Below are positions 49,301 to 62,100 of a stretch of 64,000 bases of DNA, piece after piece. The translations under genes were made by a program, and so were the position numbers. The notes below the pieces were generated by a model. It had not been told where the DNA came from. It did not search any database and saw only the letters and a program-made list of their open reading frames with translations. The stretch comes from Cirrosporium novae-zelandiae. Taxonomy: Eukaryota. The DNA is taken from contig JAPETS010000038.1 of the NCBI GenBank assembly GCA_026023565.1, forward strand, positions 124,001 to 188,000, read 5' to 3'. Positions within the stretch are counted from its first letter, which is position 1; each line of letters opens with the position of its first letter.

Positions 49301-50832
49301 TTCGTGACGCATTCAGAGGACTTCTAAACGATTGCGACAACACTGAGGTTGACGGATTTTCCGAAGTTCAAGTCAGATCGCAGGCGGATAACCTACGACA
49401 CGCTTTTCGTCTCTCCCAGGAGGAAAAAACGGAGGCAGTGAAAGTGGTTTCGAGTTTACAAGCTTATATCAAAGCTACTGAAGGGATTAAAGCCGAACTC
49501 ACTACTGTTCTCAATAAACACAGATTGCTTGAGGAAGGTCAACATATAGACAGTCTTAGTGTGCAGAGTATTAACCAAAAACTTTTGGATAATGAAGAAG
49601 CATCCAGAAAAATGGAAGAAGAGCTAGCAAAAGCTCACGCTAAAACCCAGAAGACTGTCAACGAGCGGCAGAAGATTGAAAAGCTTTTCCACGTCGCAGA
49701 ACTGCTACGCCCTGACGAAGAGATATCTATGGAACTTATGCCTACTTTGGAGCAGAGAGTCGTTGCAATGCACGAAGCTAGCCAGATGTCCCAAAAAGGT
49801 GAATCTCAAGCAGGGACTTCATTCGATGATCACCTAGAGCGACGGCTTTCTCTTACTCTCTTCGAGGACCTCACTGATACAATTGCTTATCAAGACGAAA
49901 CTCAACGTTCTCAATATATAAAATCGACCCAGTCGACGGAACTCAGGGCTACCCCTTTCGGCCTATCTCCGAGATCAAAAAGGCCGTCTACAGGTAAAAC
50001 TCATAACGGAGGTGCCCCAATATCAGAAGATGCTGTTTCTATCCCCGGGCTAGCAATCTTTACCGACGTACGAAATTCGGACTATTTTTCATTCTCGTCA
50101 AGTGACCTTTCGGACCCCATTGACTATACGGAGTCACCGGGAGATAAAATTCCCGCGGAGAGGAAAATAGTGACGCTGAAGATTAATCCAAATAAGATGA
50201 AGAATAATACTCCAACAAATATAACTATGAGTGGAAAGCAAAATCCATTGAACAACGTCCAACAACCTAACCCGAAGTCAACACAACCAGCAGCTTATCA
50301 CCCGCTCACACAGGGTTCTCCAGTCCAGGTGGCTATATCAAATCAAGGCGCCATCCGTCAATCAAATTACGATACCATCTCAATGCGCCAGAGATCGGTT
50401 TCTAATGCAGCTGGAAGTCGATCGGGCACCCCTTGTAGTAACCTTGGTGCAAATGTTAGTAACTCTACTATACGCTCTAACCGCCACAGCAAAACTCCAA
50501 ATGATGTTCTAAGGGCTGAACATGGTACGAACATCAAGCGCAAATTTGTGGAGGTCGACTCGCCTAGCATAATTAGAAGCCAAACAAAAAGAAAGAGGCA
50601 AGCAGAGTCAAATTCTCAGGATACCATCATACCTGATTCACAGTCAACTGATGGCGGCTCAGCTAAATCTCAGGGATTGCCTTTGCGCTCAGGCGCGCGC
50701 AAAACTTTAGCAAATACGAAACAGCCAACTAGAACACGACAAGCATCCAAGCGTGGGACTGGAAATACAACACGTCGTAAGCCCTTGACAGATCAAATGG
50801 ACGATCGGTTTGAGCAAGAGCTCCATGGCTGA
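46373..50832 (+). CDS. ~1400-aa protein with long central coiled coil and disordered termini
   Basis: Exons 46373(or 46472)-46809, 46861-48288, 48471-50832 join in frame through canonical introns; heptad-rich middle, basic S/T/Q-rich C-terminus; start codon uncertain. Confidence 0.8.
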
Positions 50833-51478
50833 CCTTGGAATTGTTCAAGAATGTTCCCATATGCCCCAGACTTGAACAATGTATTGCTGCTAGGTGATTT
50901 CCATAGGAGTCTTGCTATTTCGCACTGTTATATAGTAGAGCCCTAGATTATACTTGTTGCTAGCAGTTTTCCAGCATCCCTTATGTTGGGGCGGAGAAGC
51001 ATCATTTGCTTGTAAATTTGCATAGCCTGTGTGCTTTCTTCCATCTGTTCGAGTGTTCTCTTTCTCATACTTTGCTTTTGTTTTGAGAAGCTGGAGTGTT
51101 ACCTTTGCAGTCAGAGAGAATTTATGATATTTTCAAGTTGTGAGCGTTCAGAAATGGTTTAGTGAAACCATATTTGTTGTTTGATAATTGCTGAAGATTC
51201 ATCAAGGAACTTGTGAATGCAAGAGTTCAATTTCCACAGTATAGACTGGTAGATATCCTGAAACTACAACCATACGCCAGACTATCATGCTGCTTTGGTC
51301 CAGAGGTATCCTCCCCACCATGGCCCAGTCTAACGCATCCAAGGTTGTAGTTGTAGTACGAGCCGTATTTAGACAATCCCTACGTTTGTATCTCGTGCAT
51401 CCTTTTATTCATATCGTAATCCCGAGATTTAATTGTGAATCCTCCATTGGGTTGATATAGCCTGTAAGAGTGTACCTC

Positions 51479-51853
51479 TCACTTTCCTCCGCGTTTCTGC
51501 TCGAGGAACAGGACCTTCTGCCGTACTGTATTGACAATATCAGTTAGCACTTTCATCGACCCATATCCAAACATGCCTCAGCATAAATTTGCTTTCGTAA
51601 TCTTCAAAGGACATTCTTTCGCCTCCCCTACAGATGATTTCCCCGCAATTATAAGCCATCAAATGACATACCAACGGGATCATATCTCAGCATACTAAGC
51701 GGCCGATGAGTGCGCGGTCGTCGCAATGTTCGGTAGTAACCCGTCATGGCCATTGAGATGAGACGGACAGCAATGGTGCGGGATTTTGCTAGGGAAGAAC
51801 AATTAGTTAAAATTTCTTGGGCTCGGAGGGGAGAGATTACCTTTTTTCGCCAT
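51479..51853 (-). CDS. MRPL39: Mitochondrial ribosomal protein bL33m
   Basis: Not in ORF track. Exons 51853-51841, 51788-51672, 51525-51479 give [58 protein letters not shown]. Confidence 0.95.
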
Positions 51854-52364
51854 TATGAGGAGTGGTGAGTTCTATACGAGATTTGCGATCAAGGTGTTAC
51901 TGTGCTAAGAAGATGTTGAAAGAGCTCACAATCGGATTCTCGGAGGGGTTTGGAGCTAAGGAGTGCTAGTCTTCATACGGTTGACGCTCAATTCATGTGC
52001 CGAGAACATCTCGCATCCTTCGTATTCTCTCATATAATACCAGGAATGGACTTCAATTAATCCTCTACTCGGCTGAGTAGCCATAAACTACTGTGTTTAT
52101 TTTGATTTTTACGTGCTTATGAAAATATTACTGAGGATCTGTTGTCAGTTTCATTACCGCAATGCTTAGACTCCACTTCATGTGCAAATTTATCATGTCC
52201 CATCTATCCGGACCAAAATCCTTATAAAAAGCCAAACTCCCATATCCATTACTCTCATAAATTTTGCTTCTTCTTTCATTGATTATCCAATCCTAACTAC
52301 TACTGAAAGAAATGACTCTTCTGTTCTTATAGATATCATATCCACATTTTATCTTGTAACCATC

Positions 52365-53629
52365 ATGGCCAAATATACAACATCATTTGCCAAAGTTTCC
52401 CTTCTGCTTCTCATCGTGATTGGCTATTATGCTATTTGGGGGATTGGTTTTAAGGTACAACTTTTGTAACCATACTCCGGTTTTAAAGCTGACTTTCAAT
52501 GTTTAGAATGGATTTTTGTCAGCGTTGAGAAATGCTGCAATATCGCAGATACTTCCTGACTCTTTATCAACCCCTCTCAAATCAAGCTACACTGGTATCC
52601 CTGCGTTTGACAAGCGGCTCAAGGTCCTAGTGGCATTCTTTTGGTTTGCTATTAATGGGGAACACCCCGATGTAATTTTGAGGGGCCTGAGATTTGGGGG
52701 CTCACTTTGCGTGGTTTGGCTGGTTTTGATGCTAGAAAGCAATCGGTCTGGCAACAAAGGGAAACTTATATCCTAGTTAGCATATTATTATGTTTACTCT
52801 ATTATACCCATGCTAACATGCTACTTGCAGTTTCGCTATTGTTGGCATTATATTCCAAAACCTTTCTTTTGGTGCCAACATACCATTGTACTTGGCTATC
52901 TACATGTTCACTTCTCCACTGGCAAAGCCGTCTCCGAAGGCCCAAGATATCAATGTCAGCATCTCACATTTACGAGTCATACCTGTCTCGATATTTCTGG
53001 GTTATATCGTTCCCTCTGTCATGATGTGCATTAAAGCACCAACATATATAACCATCGAGCAACAACAGTCACTGATTGCCTTCTGGCAGCTATTTCCTAT
53101 TTGGGTTGCTATCATCCATTTCTTCCTTGAGAGAGTCTATTCAATTCTAATTCCACATGCGGGCGGATCAACCAGTCGGGCGGAGGCTCATCGAACAATA
53201 TATATCATTGGATTTGCTATAGCCGTTGCTACTCAAAGCATTGCGCTTGGGATATCGTTCTCAACATATTTGTTTCCTGATGTGTTCACAGAGTCATACC
53301 GCTTGGCAATGGCCCCTTCTCGCGTATGGACCCCCACGCAATCCTTATTCTCGGACCATAAGATCTCCTCGATCGGAGAAGGTGTTCTCTGTTTTCTGCA
53401 ATGGGATGAGGTTTGTGGGAGCATAGCGTTTCTCATATGGGCAGTTGCACTACATCACAATGCCCAACGAGAGAAAGTTACGTTCAGATATTGGCTGGCA
53501 CTGACTGCGAAGATTGTTTTATCAAATTTGATAGGCGGCCCTTGCAACCCTGCACTGGTGTTGATGTGGGAACGCGATGATATTATTTTAAAGAGCGAGG
53601 GTCAACAACCTCGAGCTAAAGTTGCTTGA
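52365..53629 (+). CDS. Multi-TM protein resembling CtvD/AurD, AscI and PaxA/AtmA (epoxide hydrolase/cyclase-like)
   Basis: Exons 52365-52454, 52507-52775, 52831-53629; YTGIPAFD..LVAFFW, LESNRSGN, FQNLSFGANIPLYL, FWQLFPIW, FLQWD, GP..WERD; gene model solid, family from motif memory. Confidence 0.7.
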
Positions 53630-54356
53630 ATTGACGAGATCCAAGCCTACGATGACACCTTTTTAATGTGCCCGTGGGCTTCGGTGGAAAAGGCTCAGCG
53701 CGTAGCTATCGCGCGTGGCCATAGCGCGGTAACGAACTAGAAAACGTGTTGATCATACTTGCAGCAAGTTTATAAATTTTAAAAAATGCGGATCCAATAG
53801 TCTTTCCGTGAACTTTCTATCATATACAGCTCTATCTTTCCATCTTGTATCAATGTACTGTAATCACGCACCTATAGTCCAGGTATTATTAATGCATCTA
53901 CATAAGCTTCATAAGCGCAGTGGATAAGCTCAAAAGATAAACGCATAGCGCACATGCTCCAAGCGATTGGTCCCTGCACAGAAAGTCCATCCGATTCTCA
54001 CTCCGCAAGACTTCAGTTCTTACAGCTTCCAGGTTCGGCTGAACTTTTTCTCTACACCTCTACATTAATATAACTAATTGGCGGCTAAATCTAGCAAGCA
54101 ACAACTCTGCGAGGAAAGAGTGCAGAATGCCTTTTCTGCCTCTTTCGCGCTCAACGATACATCAACCATCGCAGTTTCTCGATGCACCTATGAGGCATAA
54201 GCGTCCCGGTTCTTCCCACCCATTTCGATCAGCATGCGGTCATGAATAACCAGGATCACTCGCCCTCGATTCACACTGTTCCTGAATTTATCGCCAGTGG
54301 GGATTTAAAAAGATATCGGCACTGGCGTCGGATCCTAATCGCATAGCCCTTTAAGC

Positions 54357-57300
54357 ATGGAATATTTTAGCAGATATTCCACAAACATACATCGAATAGT
54401 GAGTTTTGTGAAAAATGGAAATGGAATCACTTCTAATAGGTTATAGCATGGCTTTGCAAAGGTATCCTTCCGCATATTTCGAATGGCAATTTCGATATCG
54501 GACGATGGCAAATTTCCAGAACGCACGCCTAGATCGCCTTCCCCAGGCCCTGACATGCAGAGACACTTCATCCAGGTCCTTCAAAACAAAGAAAACGTGC
54601 TTAGGAGACAGGGCATTCTTGTGGCGATCAACTATGCCACTTTTGAGCTATGGCTTTTCGCCTGGAAAAATGATATGGAGGAAACTCTCCGGAACACAAA
54701 AGGGAGTCTTGATTCTCTGATAGCCGCCGAATCTGGAACAGTGTCTGCCTCGCAGCTTTTGAAAACTGGTTCAGTACTTGGTCCCCGGAATGGTCCCAGT
54801 GTCTTGCTGAACGAGCCGGCTAACCGTATTTCGCAAATGAACTTCCAGGCTCATTCGTCGAACGCTGGCGCATACGGGAACACCTCCCTAAATGCAAACG
54901 AGAATATACATTCTGGGCAGATTGAACTGCCTTTGCAGTCGAATGCGAACACAGGACCATCCCGATATGCAAGAGAAATTTACGAATACTTCTTCATGGC
55001 TCTGCTGAAACTGATCTCATGGCAATTATGTAATAACCACTCATTCATCCCGCTTAATATTTTTACGTTTGCTGCTCCTACTAGTGATAGCACCTGGAAA
55101 AACAATGGCGGGAAGCTTGGATATCTCTCGAGTGCGGATGATTTCCCACGGCTGGGAGTCTTGAACCTTCAAATGACACCTATCGGTGACATTATTGTAT
55201 CCCTGTCGTGGCTATCGCAATCACGAGGAGAAAAAGCCTTCAGATTCATACAACCAGATGCTAGCTCTTACCCCAGAAGTGGCACAGATGTATGGTTGGC
55301 CCCAAGTGGTAGAATTGCAAGACTTGTTGGCCCGGAGGTATTACTGCCTGACAATATAACCACGACCACACCAACCACCAAGGCTTACAATGTAGGCTCT
55401 AATATACGCGGCACCCAATCCAAGAAGTATCCAGCTACCCGAAAATGGAAAGAAAACATCATTGTATGGTTACAGCATCGAGGTCTCGGTCGCCTCAAAT
55501 TTGAAAAGTGGATGGAGGTTCAAATTTTGGACGTTGAAAACTACCCTGAAGTTCGTGAAGATTTTACTCTTGAGGACCGAATCAAAACAATACTGTGGCC
55601 CGCCGAACTCTGCTACTGTCGCCCTGCTCAGTCAACAGAATCTATTTCTAATAGCGTTAAATGGTACCGCCCACCCGACCAAGGCGGATGGATTGACCCA
55701 CTAGACTTTGCAGAAAAGTGGGTTTCGAACAAGGACGAACGTGAAAAGAAACTCAAAGAAGCTCGAGTTGCAAGAAAGACCCAGGAGGTATCTAAAACGC
55801 AAAGCAAACAGAAGGAATTAAATTGGGAGGATCCCCTACAGAATTTGGATGATTTCGTCAAACACCCGTATCTTGATGTTCAAGCTCCTGGTACGTTTTA
55901 TCCAACACCGCCCGATGGAGCTCCACCTCAAGGCCAGATAGCTTCCGCGATGCATGATAGCCTCACCACATCTCCTCTGAGTGGTGAAGTTCAGACAGCG
56001 AATCAAACGGGCGTGAAAGTCATCGCCCCCCACGAGCGTGACGATGTTGGAAACATACAGCCTGATCTAGACCCAATGGAGGGCTTAGAACTTGGCGTAG
56101 GCCCCGGTGAATATTTTAATGGTGGAGATGAAGATTTATTTGGGGACTTGGACACAACCGCTGAGGCTGATTTCAGTTTTTTTGATGAACCCATTACGAA
56201 TGAGATCATTATGGATGATGCACCGCATGGAATAGAGAACGATGGTAATGATGAGCAGAATGCGAATATTACAAAAGGGTCCAGTAATGCTGGACAAACA
56301 CAAACGCTCGGAAGATTCACCAACGATACGCCAAACAAACAACGTTCAGTACCTCCAGCAGATATGGGAAGCAATCATGGCCTTGTTACATCCAAAGCGA
56401 CCAAAACAAAGACTGGATTCGGTAAACATTTGGCGAGTGCTGTGACAGGCTCACCCGCTCGAGCCAGAGAGCTCAATACGAAAAATCAATTCCTCGCTCG
56501 TAGTCCTCCCCCCAGCCCTCTTAATCCCCGAGGGAAAGCACCTATACTTGGATCTAGTCAAGAAATTAGCTCAGGTCGGGCACCACAGCACCTTAGTCGC
56601 AAGCGCAGTATGTTCGAAGCGGTTGATTTTGGTGATGAATATCGGCAATCCGACAAAAAATATGAGGCAGACGGCTACTTCTCGTATAATCTACCAAAAT
56701 TGTCCAAGCTTGGTAGAGACAAACCCAAGGATATTCCTGCAGAAATACCGAGGATTGGATTTCCCAGGCACTCATACGATGAGGATGACACTTCCTCGGA
56801 CACTGGAAGCAGCCAAATATCTAGAAGTCCATCTTGGTCAGAGGATGGCCCCGACACCGAGCACCAAGTGGATGGGGATGATGATACGCAAAATAGGGAT
56901 GAAGATGAGCTAGAGGAACCCAAGTCTTATCACGACGTTAATCTGAATACCCTCGAGCTGGACTTGGATATGTGGCCTCTTGATGAGTCGTTTTTTCACC
57001 CTGTTGCTCCAGCTTTACCAGTTAGCCCTGGCATTATTGTTCAAGTCTCTCAAATCTTAGCTACACAAATAGCCCATTCAACGCTTCGTACATATCCCGA
57101 GAATAAGTACGGGACAACGTTCCAGCTCGAAGGACTAGGTGAAAAGCAGCTCTCTTTGCCGACAAATGACGCGATGAAACGAATGACCGGAAACGGGGCA
57201 CCTTGCACGCTTGAGGAATATTCCAATTATTTCAAACAATCAGTTGTGGACAACTGTATCAAAATCCCAACCCCATTTGTGAGACTGAAAAGGGGAGAAG

Positions 57301-58904
57301 ACAAGGATAAAAATACATATGGCATTGAACTTTTGCCATCTGCAATTCCGTTCTGGGAGATATTTAGTTTCAAACCTCTGAGTGGGCCAAAGAATATTAG
57401 TGCCTACTGTATATGTCCATCTGTACGGCAAGTCATTGATGGTGCAAACACATTTCTTGACCACGTGGCTGAAATATACGAAAAATGCTGGTTGGGATCT
57501 CATACTCGAGGTTTCGACGATGGCATGGTCTTGGTAGAGTTGAAAGATTTGGTTAGTCCTGATATGAATTCTGTCATGGAAGCAACCTATGAGGTTTGCG
57601 AGCAACTGGGTACAAATTTGGCGAAACTACCTGCAGAAGGATGTAACCTTGTCATATACATGGTCAATCCATTCCCTGGGTTGACTGCGTATGCCTATTT
57701 ATGCAATGCTTTCCTCAAGCTATGTCATACCTACTTCCACCACTCAGGTACCCCTGGACGATCTCCCGATCAAAACCAGCCTGTGCTGCAAATTGTATCC
57801 CTAGATATGATTGCCGCCCGTAATAGTCTTGTTGTATCCACACAAGCCGAATACCGCAGCATGGCCCTTGAAGTTTATGAAAGGTGCCAATCAGCGGATC
57901 CTGAAATTCCCGAAAATCTTCATCCAATATTTTACCAGCCAGCATTTCTTCTTAAGAAACCACCACCTTCGGAAATCAAATTCGAACTCAAGACTGAGTC
58001 TCCTTTTTCGCTATTGGAGGAGAATTCATGTTTTCATGTGGCATATTCCCAAAGTCCCGATGAGCGATGGATTACAGCTTGCTGGACGGATAATTATGGG
58101 GCGAATCAAATGACGATGGCTTACTGTCTACAAAGCAGAGGGTCTAGAGCGCGGCGGCCGATCTCTGACATTCTTAAAGAGATATGGGAGCTAACACTAC
58201 AAATTCTTAAGCTGAAGAGAATATCATGGAGACTCTTTATAGTCAAGGATAGCCCAATGGAGCAAGAGGAAAAAGCCGTCTTCTGGAATCTACTCTACGC
58301 TGCTCCAGCAAACGAGGTAAAGATGGACCTGACATTGCTAACGGTCGATCCCAACCCACCCCTAAACCTTGCGCTCGATATTCCTCCACTCAATCTGGGC
58401 CAATCAAATACTCAGGCGGGGGGGACATACTCAACACCGGTGTCCACACCCCAAGACAACATCTTCTCTCCAGATGCCTCTGGCAATGCTCCCACCCCAG
58501 CCAGTGGAAACCTACCCTCGACGCCTAATGACCAAAATTTCGACAGTGACCCAGACACCACCCTTATTGACATAACCGACGAAACATGGTCGGTTCTTCT
58601 CTCGCATCCCCTCAACATCTCCAAATCCATCACGAATCCGCTTCCGGCGATCAAATCCGGCTACCTTATTAAGCGCAAAGGTAGCACGGAGGGGGATGGC
58701 ATGGTGACCATGTCAGCCAGTATCATATATGTGCATGATCAGCATCGAGATATGGACGCCTTGATGAACTCTGTGCTAAAGATGTATAGGGAGCTGAGCA
58801 CGCTAGCAAGGGTCAAAGGCGTAAGTGAAAGAGGCGTTGGAATCCTACCTTGGCATGTTGCCATATCTAAGAAAGTAATGATGGCGCTTGTTGTTACGTT
58901 GTGA
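54357..58904 (+). CDS. MED13: Mediator kinase-module subunit Med13 (Ssn2/Srb9)
   Basis: Exon 54357-54398, intron to 54446, then long ORF; ELWLF, VWLAPSG, LWPAELC, YPTPPDG, FWEIFSFKPLSGPKN, HVAYSQSPDERWITACWTDNYG, LPWHVA. Confidence 0.93.
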
Positions 58905-59149
58905 TAATTATGTGTTGGTTGTGATTATTATTATTACTTTTGGAAAAATGAGAGCAGGGTTACGAAAGGCACTTTTTGTTTTTTAAGAAATTCCTTTTTG
59001 TACGGTATCATTGTTATATGTGATTTATGGGTCAAAGTCTCTCGGAGAAGGGAGACATTTGCATCGATACCCGGGCGTTTTTGGGGAGTAAGGGCTTTTT
59101 TTGCTTCTTTCTAGGGCAATTGCAATTGCAAGCAGCAAAAGAATCGAAA

Positions 59150-62100
59150 TGGCTATGTGGGCCTATTTTTTTGGTTGGTGGTGGTGGGAGCAGAAATAAG
59201 ATTATACAACATATACACACATATACGCAAACAGACGCATACACACACATATGCACACACACAAGAGCATTATCTGTTTTTGGTCTGGTCTTTTGTTTTA
59301 GCTCCGCCTTTATGCATATTGCACTTTTTCGCTTTTGTTTTTAAACCCACCCCAAAAACCTAAAAACCCAAAACCCAAACAAACCCAGAGGAATCAAAAA
59401 AGAAGAGGCTCTGCGGTTAAGGCTTGGGTTTGCCATCCATACATGTATACATGCATGGGGCGTTGGAGCATATTACGTATGTAATTCTGCACCGATCGGG
59501 GACGGTTTATTATTATTATTATTATTTACCCATATCCACATCCGGTCACCACATCCATTTAGAACATGACATGACTATTCTATGCTTGTGACGGACGAAA
59601 CCTGTGTTGCCTGTCTTATTCGTCTGCCCTATCTATCACGCGCCCCCCTCTAAGTGTGTGTGCTCATATGCCCGGAAAACGGAAAATTCGGGAAGATCCA
59701 CCCCGCAAATGTGGACGCACGCTTTCGGAGCCTGCCTGGCGTGATGGATTTCTGGTAGCCTGACCTGGTTTATCCGCACGCCCCATGTTTATGTGGAGTG
59801 TTATGTGGAGTGTTATGTTATGCACGCCCATGTTATGTGCTATGCAGGTATATTTTTCTGCTTGCATACATGCGTACAGATATATTCATACATACAAACC
59901 ATCAAATACCATAAATAACCAGGTTAGGTTTGGGGGTTTGGGTTTCGATTCCTCTAAAGAACGAGCGCACGAGCGAGAGAGAGCTAGTGATTCTAGTGAT
60001 TGGTTATACTGGTATTGGTATTGGTGTTCTTTTATTCGAGTATACACACATACATACGCTTTGAAAACCTCTTTGGGGGGGGGGTTGGTTGGGAAGTTGG
60101 TCTGGGGGTTTATTTAGTACGGCCCCATGCAGACCCATGTTGTGTGTGTGGAGTGTATGTGTATACCAGGTACACATATTTATATATGCAGCTACTCCAG
60201 TAGTCGTTGTTGGTTATTGGTTCTTGTTTGGGATGTTTTGGTTTGGGATGTTCGTTTGATATCTCTTGGTTTCATTTGTTTACTATTATCATTCCTACAG
60301 TACTACTATTATTTACTATTTTTTTATTATCAGACTGGATTGGGGATGGGCATGGGATGGGCATGGGATAGGTATAGACATAGGATAGGTATAGGATGGG
60401 TATAGCAAGTCAATTCGTAAGTAAGTTCTAGTGGTTTTGAGAACAAATCGAGAAATCGAAGAATTAAAATCCATTTTATATATATATCTTCTAGGTATAT
60501 CTATCTATCTATATTCATATCTATATTCATCATGACTTCTTCAAGTCCAAGTCCAAGTCCAGGTTAGGTTTTTAAGTTTTGGAGTAGGTAATTAGGTATT
60601 GTATTGTATTGTATTGTAGTCTATAGTATTATAGTACAAGTCAACTCGATCGATCGATCGATGCATCTATCTAACCTATTCACCTAGCCCCTCCCTTTGC
60701 CATTGCCATTGCCATTGCCATTGCCATTGCCATCGCGCCTTATTTTCATTTCCGTCACAAGGGGGCGCGGAGGGAGCTCGGGGGGGGGAGGGGGTGTTTT
60801 TATAGCTGTAGCTGCTGCTATCGCTATTGCTATTGCTAAGGGTGATGATGATGATGATGATGATAATAGTGGGTTTAAGTTTCAAGTATACTACCTACCT
60901 ACCTACCTACCTACCTACCTACCTACCTACCTACATACCTACCTACATACCTATCTAATAAGTACCTATACGTCACAGTCAACCAAGTGAACACGATCGA
61001 TGATCTAATCTAGTCTTTTTTTTTTTTTTTTTTTTGCCATTGCCTTGCCCATTGCCCTTTACCTTGGCCCCCCCTATTTTCATTACGAAGGGGAAAGGGA
61101 AGGGGAAGGGGGGCGTGTGTTTTTTTTAATAGCTACTACTACTATTGTTACTACTTGATGATCTACTCTATACACACCTAGGGTATTCGCCTAGCCTAGC
61201 CCCTTCCATCGCTTTTTGTATGTATTTATTTAGATCCTTATTTCCGTTTTTTTCATCACCCAGGAGGTGGGGAAGGGGGGCGCGGGGGGGGGGTGTTTTT
61301 TTGTACCTGTTGTTACTACTACTACTACTATTACTACTAAGGATGATGATAGTGATTAGTAGTAGTAGTAGTAATAGGTTCAAGTTTCAGGTAACTACTT
61401 ATCTAAGAATTACCGTATAGTACATACATACATATATCAGTTAACCAAATCAGTTAGCTAGATCCATCAATCGGTTGATGGATCGATCTACCTATCCATC
61501 TTACCCTTCCCTTGCCATTGCCTTTTACATTCGTCCTGTTTTTTTATCACGAGGGGGAAGGGGGGAAGAGGGGTGTTTTTTATACTATTGACAGTGGTAG
61601 TGGATTTGGGTTTCTTTTTTTCTTTTTTCTTTTTTTTCTTTTTCTTTTTTTACGCTAACTGAGAATTGGATAATTTATGGCTGGTATGGGTTAATGGGTA
61701 ATTTGAGCAGGTGGATTGATTTATTCGTATGTTTTTTTTGCTTATTTGCTTGCTTTGCCTGTCCGTGAGACTTGCCTGCCTGCCTGCCTAGGTTAGTTAT
61801 CTATGAAACTTACCTGCTTGTCTGCCTGGGCTGGGCGGATTGATTTTTATTAAATAGGTCATTCTTAATTTCGACGAAGCTTCCTTTTTCCTCTTCCTCC
61901 TCTTCTTCTTTTTCTTTATCCTCTTTACCCTACTTTCCTACTTTTATTCGTTTGTCTTTTTACTCTATCCGCTCCTCCTCCTCCTCCTTCTTCTTCTTCT
62001 TCTTCTTCTTCTTCTTCTTCTTCATCCCGTCCCCTAATCCCTTTTTCTTGGAAGACCTGAGGCTTGATATTGATCCTTCTCTTTGCTTTAAGATATAGGT

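Noticed and set aside
51526..51671. Longer MRPL39 intron as a second snoRNA host
   Set aside because: Only a degenerate C box (TGATGG) and no recognisable rRNA complement
54431..54446. Proximal AG at 54439 as the MED13 acceptor
   Set aside because: Too close to the CTAAT branch site and frameshifts; the AG at 54446 restores the frame
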